64,000 nucleotides of DNA, from the NCBI RefSeq assembly GCF_009914755.1, contig NC_060933.1. One strand, written 5' to 3'. The DNA comes from the human T2T-CHM13v2.0 reference genome, Homo sapiens. The translations under genes were made by a program, and so were the position numbers. Of this stretch, positions 27,266 to 42,702 are shown one piece after another. The number at the start of each line of letters is the position of its first letter. The stretch's first letter is position 1. The notes under the pieces are model-generated. The model was given only the letters and a program-made list of their open reading frames with translations. It did not search any database and was not told the origin of the DNA.

Positions 27266-27754
27266 GAGCAATAAATAATCACCTGGAGGTACAAAACTCA
27301 CTGGTAATGGTAGGTACACAGAAAAACACAGAATATTATAACACTGTAACCATGGTGTGTAAACTACTCTTATTCTAAGTAGACTAAACAATGAACCAAT
27401 CAAAAATAATAACTACAGCAATTATCTAAGACATAATATAATAAGATATAATTATACATAACAAAAAGCTAAAAAGCAGGGGGACAAAGTTAAGGTATAG
27501 AGTTTTTATTAGTTTTATTTTTGCTTGTTTGTTTATGCAAATAGTGTCATTATCAGGTTAAAAGAATAGGTTATAGGATAGTATTTGCAAGCCTCATGGT
27601 AACCTCAAAGCAGTAAACAGAATGGATACACAAAAAATATAAAGCAAAAAAACTAAATCATACCACCAGAGAAAATCACCTTCACTAGAGGAAGACAGGA
27701 AGGAAAGAAGGAAGGAAGAGAAGATTACTAAATAATTAGAAAACAAATAACAAA

Positions 27755-30700
27755 ATGGTAGGAGTAAGTCCTTACTTATCAATAATATATTGAATGTAAA
27801 TGAACTAAACTCGCCCATCAAAAGACAGACTGAATGGATGAAAAAACAAGACCTATTAATTTGTTGCCTACAAGAAACACACTTTCCCTATAAAGACACA
27901 CATAGACTGAAAATAAAGGAATGGGAAAAGATATTCCATGCCAATGGAAACCAGAAAAGAGCAGGAGTAGCTACATTTGTATCAGATAAAATAGATTTCA
28001 AGACAACACCTATGAGAACAGACAAAGACAGTCACTATATAATGATAAAGGAGTCAATTCAGCAAGAGGATATAACAATTTTGAATATATATGCACTCAA
28101 CACTGGAGCACCGAGACATACAAAGGAAATATTATTAGAGCTAAAGAGAGAGCTAGGCTCCAATACAATAATAGCTGGAGACTTCAACACCCCATTTTCA
28201 GCATTGGAGAGATCTTCCATACAAAAAATCAACAAAGAAACGTCAGACTTAATCTGCTTTAAAGACCAAATGGATCCAATAGATATTTACAGAACATTTC
28301 ATCCAATGGCTGCAGAATGCACAATCTTTTTCTCAGCACATGGATCATTCTCAAGGACAGAACATATGTTAGGTCATAAAACAAGCCTTAAAACATTCAA
28401 AAAATTGAAATAAGGTCAAGTGTCTCCTCTAACCACAATGGAATAAAGCTGCAAATTAATAACAAGAGGAACTTTTGAAACTATACAAATACATGGAAAT
28501 TAAACAATATGCTCCTGAATGACCAGTGGGTCAATAAATTAAGAAGAAAATTGAAACTTTGCTTGAAAAAAATGATAATAGAAACACAACATATCAAAAC
28601 CAATGGGATACAGCAAAACCAGTACGAAGAGGGAAGTGTATAGCTCTAAGTACCTATATCAGAAAAGAGGAAAAACTTCAAATAAACAATCTAATGATGC
28701 ATCTTAAGGAACTAGAAAAGCAACAGCAAACCAAACCCAAAACTAGTAGAAGAAAAGAAATATAAAACTCAGAGCAGAAATAAATGAAATTGAAATAAAA
28801 AACCAAAAAAGTTATTTTTTAAAGTTAAACAAAATTGATAAACCTTTAGCAAGACTAAGAAAAAAAGAAAATATCCAAATAAATAAAATCAGAAATGAAA
28901 AAGGGGACATTACAACTGATACTGCAGAAATTCAAAAGACCATTAGTGGCAACTATGAGCAACTATATGCCAATAAATTGGAAAATCTAGAAGAAATGGT
29001 CAAATTCCTAGACACATACAATCTATCAAGATTGAACCAGGAAGAAATCCAAAACCTGAACAGACAAATAACATTGAGGCTGTAATAAAAAGTGTCCCAA
29101 TAAAGAAAAGCCCAGGACCTGTTCACTTCACTGCTGAATTCTACCAGACATTTGAAGAAGAACTAATACAAATCCTATTCAAATTATTCTGAAAAATAGA
29201 AGAGAAGGGAATACTTCCAAACTCATTCTATGAGGCTAATATTACCCCGATACCAAAAGCAGACGAATGTACATAAAAAATATAGGACAATATTCCTGAA
29301 AATATTGATGCAAAAATCCTCAACAAAATACGAGCAAACCAAATTCAACAACATATTAGAAAGATCATTCATCATGACCAAGTGGGATCCATCCCTGAGA
29401 TGCAAGGATGGTTCAACATACACAAATCAATCAATGTGGTACTCATATAAACAGAATGAAGGATAAAAACCTTATGATCATTTCAACTGACACTGAAAAA
29501 GTATTTGATAAAATTCAACATTGCTTTATGATAAAAACCCTCAAAAAACTGTGGATAGAAGGAACATAACTCAACATAATAAGAGCCATATATGACAGAC
29601 ACACAGCCAGTATCATATTGAATGAGAAAAACTGAAAGCCTTTCCTCTAAGATCTGGAACATGTCAAGGATGCCCATTGTCATCACTGTTATTCAATATA
29701 GTACTGCAAGTCCTAGCTAGAGCAATTAGGCAAGAGAAAGATATAAAGAACATCCAAATTGGAAAGAAATATGTCAAAGTATCTTTGTTTGCTGTTGATA
29801 TGATATTATATTTGGAAAAATCCAAACATTCCACAAGAAAACTATTAGAACTGACAAATTTAGTAAAGTTGCAGGATACAAAATCAACATGTAAAAATCA
29901 ATAGCATTTCTATATGACAATAGTGAACAATGTAAAAAAGAAATAAAAAGTAATCCCATTTACAATAACCACACATAAAATTAAATACCTAGGCATTAAC
30001 TTCAAAAAGTGAAAGATCTCTAAAATGAAAACTATAAGTCACTGACTAAAGTAATTGAAGAGGACACCATAAAATGGAAAAATATTCCATGTTTCATAGA
30101 TTGGAAGAATCAATATTGTTTAAATATCTGTGCTACCCAAAGCAAGCTACAGATTTAATGCAGTCTCTATCAAAATGCCAATGACATTCTTCATATAAAT
30201 AGAAAAAAAATCCTAAAATTTATATGAAATCACAAAAGACCTAAAATAGACAAAGCTATCCTAAGCAAAAAGAACAAAAGTGGATGAATCACATTACCTG
30301 GCCTCAAATTATACTACAGAGCTATAGTAATCAAAACAGCATGGAATCTGCATAAAAACAGACACATAGACTGATGGAACAGAATACAGAACCCAGAAGC
30401 AAATCTATCACCTACAGTGAACTCATTTTTGACAAAGGTGCCAAGAACATACACTGAGGAAAAGACAGTCTCCTCAATAAATAGTGCTGGGAAAACTGAA
30501 TATCCATATGAAGAAGAATGAAACTAGACCCTTATCTCTCACCATATAAAAAAAATCAAATAAAAATGGGTTAAAGGCTTAAATCTAAGACCTCCAACTA
30601 TGAAGTCTCTACAACAAAACAGCATAGAAAATCTCTAGGACATTGATGTGGGCAAAAATTTCTTGAGAAATACCCCAGGCAACCAAAGCAAAAATGCACA

Positions 30701-31502
30701 AATGAAATAACATCAAGTTAAAAAGCTTCTGCATAGCAAAGGATAAAATCAGCAAATTAAAGAGACAATCCAAAGAATGGGAGGGAATATTTGCAAACTA
30801 CCCATCTGACAAGGGGTTAATCACCAGAATATATAAGGAGCCTAAACAACTCTACAGGGAAAAAAATCTAATAACCTGATAAAAAAAAATGGGCAGAAGA
30901 TTTGAATAGACGTTTCTCAAAAGAAGAAATACAAATGGCAAACAGACATATGAAAATGTGCTCAACATTGATAATCAGAGAAATGAAAATCAAAACTACA
31001 CTGAGATATCATCTCACCCCAGTTAAAATGGCTTATATACAAAAGACAGACAATAACAAATGCTGGTGAGGTTATGGAGAAAAAGAAACCCTTGTATACT
31101 GTTGGTGAGAATGTAAATTAGTACAACCACTATGGATAACAGTTTGAAGGTTCCTCAAAAAACCAAAAATTGAGCTACTATATGATCCAGCAATCCCATT
31201 GCTGGGTATATACCCAAAAGAAAGTGAATCAGTATTTTGAAGACATACCTGCATTCCTATGTTTATTGCAGCACTGTTTACAATAGCTAAGATTTGGAAG
31301 CAACCTAACTGTCCATCAACAGATGAATGGATAAGGAAAATGTGGTACATATACATAATGAAGTACTATTCAACCATAAAAAAGAATGAGATCTAGTCAT
31401 TTGCAAAAATATAGATGGAACTGGAGATCATGATATTAAGTGAAATAAGTCAGGCACCAGAAAGACTAACACTGCATGTTCTTACTTATTTGTGGGATCT
31501 AA
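27755..31502 (+). pseudogene. L1 ORF2p remnant (EN/RT), many stops and frameshifts
   Basis: EN fragment 27790-28413 (NVN, CCLQETH, GDFNTP); RT motif mutated to FAVD in 29677-29904. Confidence 0.92.
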
Positions 31503-32083
31503 AAATCAAATCAATTTAACTCATTGTCATAGAGAGTAGATTGATGGTTGCCAGAGGTTGTGAAGGGTAGTAGGAGGCTGGGAGGGAGGTAGGGATGGTT
31601 AATGGGTATGACAAATAGAAAAAATGAGTAAGACCCACTATCTGGTAGCACAAGAGGGTGACTATAGTAAATAATAATTTAATTGTACATGTTAAAATAA
31701 CTTAAAGAATGTAATTGGACTGCTTTTAACTCAAAGGATAAATGCTTGAGGGGATGGATTTGAAAAAGATCCATGATTAAATGCCACTGCAAGGAAAGAG
31801 AGGACACAGCCTACACAAATATAGCAGGATGGGCAAAACTTCTGGAGTTACCTTCAATGTGGTCACCAAAGAAACATTTAGAACATATTTAGGCAGAACT
31901 CTGGAGAAACACAGTGAAGGTCTGGTTGAGTGGCCAAAAGAAGCCAGAGGAATGAGTAATTGAAGGATGGCTCAGAAATAGAGCTCCTGACTTTAATTTG
32001 CTATCTTGAGGGTTTCTCTTTCATGGGCCTTGACCTATTCTTAATGCAGCAAACCATGTGGAAGAAAGTGAACAGAAACCTAT

Positions 32084-32488
32084 TGTATTAGTCAGGGTTC
32101 TCTAGAGGGACAGAACTAATAGGATAGATGTATACATAAAGGTCCCACAATAGGCCATCTATAAGCTGAGGAGCAAGGAAGCCAGTCCAAATCCCAAAAC
32201 TGAAGAACTTGGAGTCCAATGTTCGAGACCAGGAGCATCCAGCATGGGAGAAAGATGTAGGCTGGGAGGCTAAGCCAGTCTAAACTTTTCATGTTCTGCC
32301 TACTTTTTATTCAGGCTTCACTGGCAGCTGATTAGATTGTGCCCACCCAGATTAAGGGTGGGTCTGCCTTTCCCAGCCCACTGACTCAAATGTTAATCTC
32401 CTTTGGCAACACTCTCACAGACACACCCAGGATCAATATTTGGCAACCTTCAATCTAATCAAATTGACACTGAGTATTAACCATCACA
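32084..32488 (-). mobile_element. MLT2A1-like (HERV-L) solo LTR
   Basis: Termini tgtattagtcagggttctctagagggacagaac ... gtattaaccatcaca; perfect 5-bp TSD cctat at 32079-32083 and 32489-32493. Confidence 0.9.
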
Positions 32489-32804
32489 CCTATCAATGTG
32501 TCTCTTTTTTCTCATCCAATCTCCTTTTCAAGCAATAATCAAAGAAAGTCTACCACAGATGCCTGGGGTGGATTGAGTTTACTCTTCAGGTTACACAGAA
32601 ATCAGTGCTGAAACTAAGCCATTATTAGTATCATGCTTCCAACTGCTGGGCCAAGTAGAGCAGGCCCACTCTGCAACTATGTTCATTTCCACATATTATA
32701 CACATGACCTCTGCCCCCACATACTTTTTACATATGCATATACATGTATTTGCAGGTCATATAATAAATCATTCATTCATTTACTTCATCAATATGTATT
32801 TAGT

Positions 32805-33105
32805 AGCCAAGTGCAGTGGCTCATACCTGTAAATCCCAGTGCCTGGAGAGGCTGAGGTGGGAGGATCACTTGAGCCCAGGAGTTTGCAACCAGACTGGGG
32901 AACATGGAGAGACCTTGTATTTACAAAAAATATAAAAAAAAAAAAAATACCCGGGCATGGTGGTGCACACCTATAGTCCTAGTTACTTGGGAGGCTGAGG
33001 GGAAAGGACCACTTGAGCCCAGGAATTCAAGGCTGCCATGAGCTATCATTACATGGCTGCACTCCAGCCTGGGCAACAGAGCAAGAGCAAGACTCTGTCT
33101 CAAAA
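32805..33105 (+). mobile_element. AluJ inserted in an L2 fragment
   Basis: 'ggaggatcacttgagcccaggagtt'-type text in both arms; TSD atat(g/a)tatttagt at 32792 and 33147. Confidence 0.92.
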
Positions 33106-33154
33106 TGTATGTGTATATGTGTGTGTATATGTATGTGTGTGTGTATATATATAT
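33106..33154. repeat. (TG)/(TA) microsatellite in the Alu tail position
   Basis: Directly visible. Confidence 0.9.
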
Positions 33155-35049
33155 TTAGTGAAATATACTGGATGCTCAGAATACAAAAAAGAAGTCCTAG
33201 CTGAATATTTACTATGCTGTATTTCCGTCTTAAAGAAACTTAGAGGGTTTTTGTTGTTGTTTCTTTGTTGTTTTTTGTTTTTAATTGCCTTGATGGGCTA
33301 ATGGAATTAAGCTCTTAATTACCTACTGCTCTTTATTTTTTTTAACTAAGAGTGTCCTTTGTCACTTTTCACAATTTCAGGTAGGCCCCTTACTTTGTCC
33401 AAAGTTGGTTTAGTTTTGCATTTTCCAAATTGCTTTGTCAGTGCTGTAATGAATTTTCCTTCCTTCATAGAAATATCAGTCTCTGTGAAACTTTCCCTGC
33501 TTTTGCCCATCTCAGTATTAATGACCTCAATATTATGTATCACTAGGAATTTCTTCCTCAATGCCCCATAAACACCCCAGATATCGCATTTCACTCACTT
33601 GATTGACACGTATTTGCTTCCATGTCAACTGTGAAAATTAATTTCCCTCTAAGCTTCAGTGCTTATTCCAGGGTTTGTCACACAGTGGGTCCTCAGTTAA
33701 CTGTGGTCCTGAATAAATTTAATTAGGGACAAATGTGCTTGCTCTATTGAAGTCATTGCCTAATTCGAAAGAGCAAATCAGGTAGTCTTAGGGACAGACA
33801 TATTGTGCCGGCTTGTTCATCACCTCAAAGTGTGAGAAGGTCCTGAGTCTCAGTATAAGAACCTCGAAGAGATGTAAGTCCTAGCAGCTATTAATGTTTT
33901 GAGCCTCAGTCTTAGTCATCATAGGAAGGACCCCAAATGAGCCCCAGACCAGAGTGAGTGGAATGGGAGGATGTTAATGAGTAGCCTGGATGAATTAGAC
34001 AGGCCTGGTTTGCTTCATATTCGGCCTGATCCAGTTTCCATCATCTTAGAAAAATAGGACAAATATTTAGGCAATGTTGCAATCCAAATAAAACAAAAAT
34101 GTTTTGTGATGTATGTGGGGTCAGCGAAGGAGCATATAGAGTGCATACCAAATGCCCATCTGGGGGATTGTTTGCGGGAGCAGCAAGATGTCTTGGAAGA
34201 CTTGGCAAGAAGACAGCTAAGAGCCGTGTGCAGCCCATCCATGCACCACAATTCTGTTTCTCGGCTTATGTAACACAGTGGAAACAAGGTCCTCGCCTTC
34301 CTCACAGAGGAGAGCAAGGCTGAAAGGCATGAGTAGGAATCACTTTGGCACTACTTAGTATTCCTGCCACTCCTTACTGCTTCTAATAAAATCCACAAGC
34401 TGGCAGTTTGTTTACCATCTCACAAAAGGCGATCTCACCAGAGGAGAACAGTACATGGCCAACCTAACATTTCCTTTGCTTTAACTTGGTAAATGTTAGG
34501 AACCTGAAATGAATCAGAGAAGCAAGAGCTTAATTAGACACATATTGTTCCATCAACTCATTGTTTATTCAATGTGGTTCATTCAAATGCAGGGAGAAAA
34601 ATACTGAAAGGCAACCAAACAAAAGCGATCCTCCCTCTCCTCTCCCTCATTCATTCCACTGAACTTTTACAGAAGCCATGAGTGAAACAGAAGAGGGGCG
34701 AGAAGTGTGTTTTCTTGACTGCAAGGAAATACACTGAGGTGTTTTCAACAGTAGAGTTGAGCAGTAGGCACATGGGGCTTTATTTTTTTTCTCCTAACTG
34801 TTATCCTTTGTGTTTTTTTAAAGATTTATTTATTGTGAGATGATATATGTACATAGATAAAGCGATTTAAACTTATACAGTATTTAGTGTTGTTGAAGGA
34901 ATAACCACTACCCAGATCAAGAGGCCATCACCAGCATCTCAGAAGTTACCCTTCTGAATCACGATGGCTGTCTCTAAAAGCAGCAGCCCTCTGGCTCTCA
35001 GGGTCATAATTTCATCTTTACTGTTTTATCACTTTTCCATACCTCCTAG

Positions 35050-36230
<1,181 letters not shown>

Positions 36231-36409
36231 GGGCAGGATTTATATTGCCCAGCTTTATCTGACAAATGAGTACGAATAGAAACAAACATTCAAGAGTCCC
36301 CTAAACAGTGTATTCACTCATTGATTTATTCAACAATTATTCAGTGAGCATATACTACATCAGAATTTTTGCTAGCAGGATTCTTTTAAAAAATTATTCT
36401 GATCTGGTT

Positions 36410-36625
36410 AAAAAGATAGTCTTATGTCAATAATTAGAGAAAGATCGATTTAAAAATAGGTAACAGAAGAAATTGGGGTTAAGGAAAAATAAAGACAGAA
36501 AAATTAAAGGAAGCCAAACATAAGAGTAACTCATGAGCACTAAGATATAATTCTATATACTGATAAAGATGGGCTAAATTTGCACTCATAGGAAACAATG
36601 CAAAGAGAAAGACAATCAATTACTG
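36410..36625 (-). mobile_element. L4 (RTE-X)-like LINE fragment
   Basis: 'agatgggctaaatttgcactc...caatgcaaagagaaagacaatcaattac' resembles recalled L4 text. Confidence 0.45.
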
Positions 36626-37028
36626 AGTGTTTTTCAAAGTGTCATCCACGGGTCCTGCATCACCATGATCATAGATGCCTGTTTCCGTCTTCTATCCCCT
36701 GGCCACCTGAAATTCCATGCCTGCTCATTGTGTCTGGGAACATTTTACAAAAGCTCTAGTGCCAATGTAAGGAGGTCCTGCTACTTGAAATTAAGGATGT
36801 AAGAAATGGTACCCATAGTAACACTTGGCAAAACTCTTTTAGAATATAATTTGGTAAATGTGGTAGAAGTGTTAGCAATTTTCAAGATTTTAAAATCATA
36901 TTTTCTAAGAAAGTGATTCAATGAAAAACAAAACAAAAAGGCCAAAGGATAAAGATGGTCATTGCAGTTTTATTTATGACCGGTTAAAGTGAAAACAACC
37001 TAATTATGCAAAAATGGGAAAATAATGA

Positions 37029-37400
<372 letters not shown>

Positions 37401-37580
37401 TAAAAATTATAATCATGACTGCCAGTTGGCTCAGTTTCTTTCATAAAATTTGGAAGGTAAAATTGAAAATGATTGTATGGATGTAAAATATAAAGACTAG
37501 AAAATAAAAATAAATATGATGTTTTATTATAGATGGATTACAGATGATTTTGCTTCTTATTTTAAAAATGTGTCTTTCAG

Positions 37581-37602
37581 TTTGGTTTGGTTTGGTTTGG
37601 GG

Positions 37603-37637
<35 letters not shown>

Positions 37638-37638
37638 C
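37581..37638. repeat. (TTTGG)n followed by (TG)n microsatellite
   Basis: Directly visible. Confidence 0.9.
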
Positions 37639-40426
37639 ACATGCACTTTTCTCACCGAAAATAGGGCAAGTTTATCTCTATTATCATATATCATTAGAAG
37701 ATTAAGAATAAAACTTTATTTCTAGTCATTTCTTTCTGGACAAGGTTAAAATGAAAGCAAGCAGTGAGGGAACTAGGTAAACCTTATAACATCACTGAGA
37801 GAACCAAGAAAGACCATGAAAATATAAATTCTGTTCAAGAGAGCCACAACTCTCAACTTCTCTTGGACATTTTTTAAAGCATGCTTTTTTTGGCAGCTGC
37901 ATTTATCAGCATATGTGAAAATATTAACCAGTGTGCATTCTGTATTTTCAGAAATGTGACATGATAGCATCCCTTAAAGAAAGGGATGTGGCGGTGAACA
38001 TCCATCAGTTTTCACTTGTTGGACTCCCTGAGGCATGACCCTGTGTCATGTCAACATTTTTTCCCTCCACCAGCAAAACTGGAAGATACAAAGAAAGATA
38101 GCACTGCAACATCATGTCATCATTACCTTCCTCTCCCTGTTCCCCAACCTCCTTCCCCTTGGTGCTGGCCAAAATGACAGGGGGAAAATTGTTGCTCATA
38201 TTGCCTTTTTATTTCAGGGAAATAATGTCAAAGATAAACAATACTTACAGATTTAACCCAAATGTTAGTCATAAAATGATCTTCCAATCCTTGGATGTGT
38301 AATAAGGCACCTAGAGCCAAGTTAAGTCAACAGAAACCCCATCCAACTTTCTAAACCATTTTCATCTGAATGAGGCACAGCTCTCAGGATACTATGAGGG
38401 GTAACCCCACAAAACAAATCAAAGGGAGCATTTGCCTGGGTTTTATACTGCTAGATCCTAATCTGCATTTCTGCTATGACAAGAGAGCCTAGAGTTCTCT
38501 GGAGGATGGTATGGGTGGAGCGGGGACCCTTATTCGAGCTTCCTTTCCAGAAAGAATAAAGGATTTGCACTGGACTCCTCTTTTCAAGACCAACACCCTA
38601 TTTGAAAGGCAAGTGAAGCTCTCTGTCTTGAACTACTGAAATATTTGACTTACTACTTGATAGTTATGTCTAATTGAGGATGGTGAAAGGAAAAGATACA
38701 TACTGGGAACTGTGAGGTCTCAGTATTTCCAAACCTGGGGTGGACAAAAGGGTTTACAGAAACTGCAAAGCTTTGCTCAATTTTCTTGGGGCAGCAGCCT
38801 GAGCTGAAGTGACTGCCTTTTCCCTAATTAACGGGGCTGTTATAGCTCTTTTCCCACAAAGAGGTTTCCATTGGCCCAATTTGCTGCCACTCAGTATAAA
38901 ATGTCCCCGTTGGTCAAAGTTCCCAAGAAGACATCCCGGAAGTAGTTGGCCTCCCTCCAGCCCAGTGATTTTTCCAATCAGCTGTGTCCAGGAACAGAGT
39001 TAGTATTTCTCAAAACACAATGGAAGACTTACAGTCATTTCTGTGGAAAACATTCCATCTAAACACTCTTTCATCCTAAGGAATATGGGTACATGCAATT
39101 TTGCGGCTCCACAAAATCTCCCTAAAACCTCTTTATTGTAGGCATGGTTCCATAGGTATAAAAGGATGCTTACAATTAGACTTCTGCTAGATGGGATTAA
39201 AAATTGGAAGGAAATTGGTGAGAAGTAACTGGTCAGTCCCATGTTGGAGAAAGCAAATAAATGAAGGAGACTGATGCAGGCCCCCACATTTCCAAATGGA
39301 GAAAGGCAAGAAGGGGACACAGGATACACAGGAAGCTTTGTATTCGGAGCTTTTATTGTAATTATCAGAGTTCTGAGGCAGCAGTTTTACCAGAAATTAG
39401 GAAAGGAGATGACTTTTCCTCTATTTATAAAGCTGTGGTACCTGGCTACTGCCATACCTTGTACCTGGACAAGAAACAAGATCAAATTAAAAAACAGAAG
39501 CAAAAAAAGGTGACCTTTGGATCAATGCTTTAAACAAACACAAAGAACAAGTGACGATGAGATGGCTTAGGGCTTCAGCTCTTTTCCTGTCCCCTCTGAC
39601 TACTGGAAAGAAACATGTCCACTCACCCTGCAGCCTGTGATGTGAGGAACCAGGTCAAGAGTAAGGGGAACCTGGGCCACTCATTCACCTTTGTTCAAGG
39701 ATGAATGGGAAGCAAAGGTCCTCCATTCACCCATATACACGGTTGAATAAATCAATATTGGGAATGTTCCCAGTGAAATACAAATTGTAGGGATAACAAT
39801 AAATAATTTAGTACTACAGAGGCAAAGAAAGTACACATACTTGAGAAAAAAAATGTTTTATATATAAAAAAGGAACTGCATCTACTTTGTACTGTCAATA
39901 AAATTCTAGAGAACTTGGGCTATAAAGTAAAAGATACAAGATGAGAAAATAATAAAACAGTCAAATACCTGTTCTAAATTTGGAAAAATTTGTCACCTAC
40001 AGGAATCTCCCCCACTTAATTGCTTTCTCAGATGTGGGTTCAGAGTCAGGCATCAATAAATGGGAGCTGGATAAAATAAGAAAATTCTAGAAAAAAAGTA
40101 AAATGCAATCATAGCCTTAAAATTTGCTTTAGAAGCAGTAAAGGACAAAATCGAAATTGTGTGAATTCTGGGCTGTAATGTAGAAGAAAGAGGAAAAACA
40201 TCTCTTGAAAAATGCAGAAGAAATAAAAGGGGAAGTGAGAGAAGAATGACGAAAGAAAAAATGGTACATCTATAGGACAAAAACAGTGACACTTCATTGG
40301 TGTTTCTGAATAAAACACTGGATCAAACAAAAGGGAATAAATACATAAAGTTATAATGAAAGAAATGAAGTCATCAGCATACTCAATGTGGAAAAAACAT
40401 ACACACTTCTGTTAAGGCAAAAACAA

Positions 40427-40660
40427 AGCCTGGGGAACATGGTGAGACCCCTTCTTTACAAAAAATGAAAAAAATTACCGAGGGTGGTGGTGCACACCTA
40501 TAGTCCCACCTACTTGGGAAGCTGAAGTGGAAAGATTGTTTGAGCACAGGAGTTCAAGGCTGTAGTAAGCCGAGATCATGCCACTGCACTCAGCCTGGGC
40601 GACTTTGAGACCCCTGCCGGTTTTGAGACCCTGTCTCGATAAAATAAAAAATGTAAAAAG
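40427..40660 (+). mobile_element. 5'-truncated AluJ
   Basis: End of left arm plus right arm; degraded TSD gcaaaaacaaag/gcaagacaaag. Confidence 0.85.
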
Positions 40661-40780
40661 CAAGACAAAGATACACCTCTCTCAGCTTTTATTTTATTTT
40701 ATTTTATTTAATCTCTCTCTCATTTCACTTGTTTCTTTTTATCCCTACATCCAAGTCCCAGTCCTCTCTCTCCATACAGA

Positions 40781-41470
<690 letters not shown>

Positions 41471-42172
41471 TCTCCACCATGTTTGTGCTTCCTTGTTTCT
41501 TGGACAGCACCCCACTCTCTTTCCTTCTACGTCATGGCATTCACCCTGGGTTACAGGCAACCACCTCCTCATCGAGCCTACTGATCCCCTGCCCCCAACT
41601 CCCCACCCTTTCTGGTAAACCCCTGCCTTTCCTTTATCACGTAGCTCAAAAATCTCTCTCCTTATTGAGGCTCCCCAAATTCCCACACATGCCTTCTTCC
41701 ATAAGCTTGTGCCCTGGGTTCCCTCTTTTACCGCAGTTATCATAAGTTGTTTCCATGCCAGTTTCTTTACCAGGCTGTGGCTGTGCTCTGTCCCTGAATC
41801 CCCCACTGTTGCACAGTAGATGAATGCAGCACGCCTTGCCCTGTGTGGCTGTTCCTGAATGTTCACCGTGACTTCTGAATGTGGCTTTGGACAGAAGTAG
41901 TCAGATGAAGAACTTGAGACCCAGAGATGGAGAATCTTGCTCAAGATCACACAGAAACCCAGATCATCATTCTTGCACATATAACCCAGGACATCTTCCA
42001 GGAGCATAACTTTATCTCATTTGTCCTGAAAGAGAATTGGGTGTTGGCCAGTAAGAGTTGAGAAGAAGCAGTGAAGGAGTAGAAGAAAAATGTCTTGGAG
42101 CACAGGCCTGAATAGGTCACCCTAGGTTTTGTTGGTGGTAAGAGGTAGTGAAGCATGTAGTCATGGATTAAA

Positions 42173-42330
42173 CAGTTTTTCTCAACCAGGGTTTGGCAAC
42201 AGAATTAAGCCCAATTGCCCTAAGGCATCCATTGTTAGCAGTGAACGAACTTCTCACCAGTGTATCTAGAATGCCCTAGACACAACCTTGGGAGAATGGA
42301 GATAATAGCTATTCAGATTATGTTCTCTCT

Positions 42331-42373
<43 letters not shown>

Positions 42374-42702
42374 GCAGGGTCTCACTCTATTGCCCAGGCT
42401 GAGTGCAGTGGCATGATCTCAGCTCACTGCATTCTTGACTTCCCAGGCTCAAGTGATCCTCCCACCTCAGCCTCCAGAGTAGCTGGGATTACAGGCAAGC
42501 ACCACCACGCCCAGCTAATTTTTGTATTTTTTGTAGAGGTGGGTTTTTGCCACGTTGCCCAGGCTGGTCTCGAACTCCTGGCCTCAAGTATTCAGGCCGC
42601 CTCGACCTCCCAATGTGCTCAGATTACAAGCCACCGTGCCTGGCCTCAAATTATTTTCTTTATTTTGTGGTTCTAATGAGAAAGCCCAGTCAGGAGAAAG
42701 AG
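42173..42702 (+). mobile_element. MER112 (hAT-Charlie), interrupted by Alu
   Basis: 'ttctcaaccaggg...acagaattaagcccaattgccctaaggcatccattg...ccttgggagaat'. Confidence 0.8.
42332..42645 (-). mobile_element. AluJ (Jb-like) with T40 tail
   Basis: 'ggctcaagtgatcctcccacctcagcc'; degraded TSD tcagattatgttct/tcaaattattttct. Confidence 0.92.

Larger units (their letters stand above)
24331..31759 (+). mobile_element. Near-full-length LINE-1, L1MA1-like (L1M1-type 5' end), decayed
   Basis: 5' 'gcaagatggtggaatagaaggctccac' (YY1-type CAAGATGG), ~2 kb 5'UTR, ORF1 and ORF2 remnants, L1MA1-3 3'UTR ('taactcaaaggataaatgcttgaggggatgga'), degraded TSD at 24312-24329 and 31765-31784. Confidence 0.92.

Noticed and set aside
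27790-28413. 207-aa endonuclease ORF as a functional or domesticated gene
   Set aside because: Fragment of disrupted L1 ORF2 with a non-ATG start, ending before the domain's C-terminal SDH motif; open stretches of this size are expected in decayed L1s
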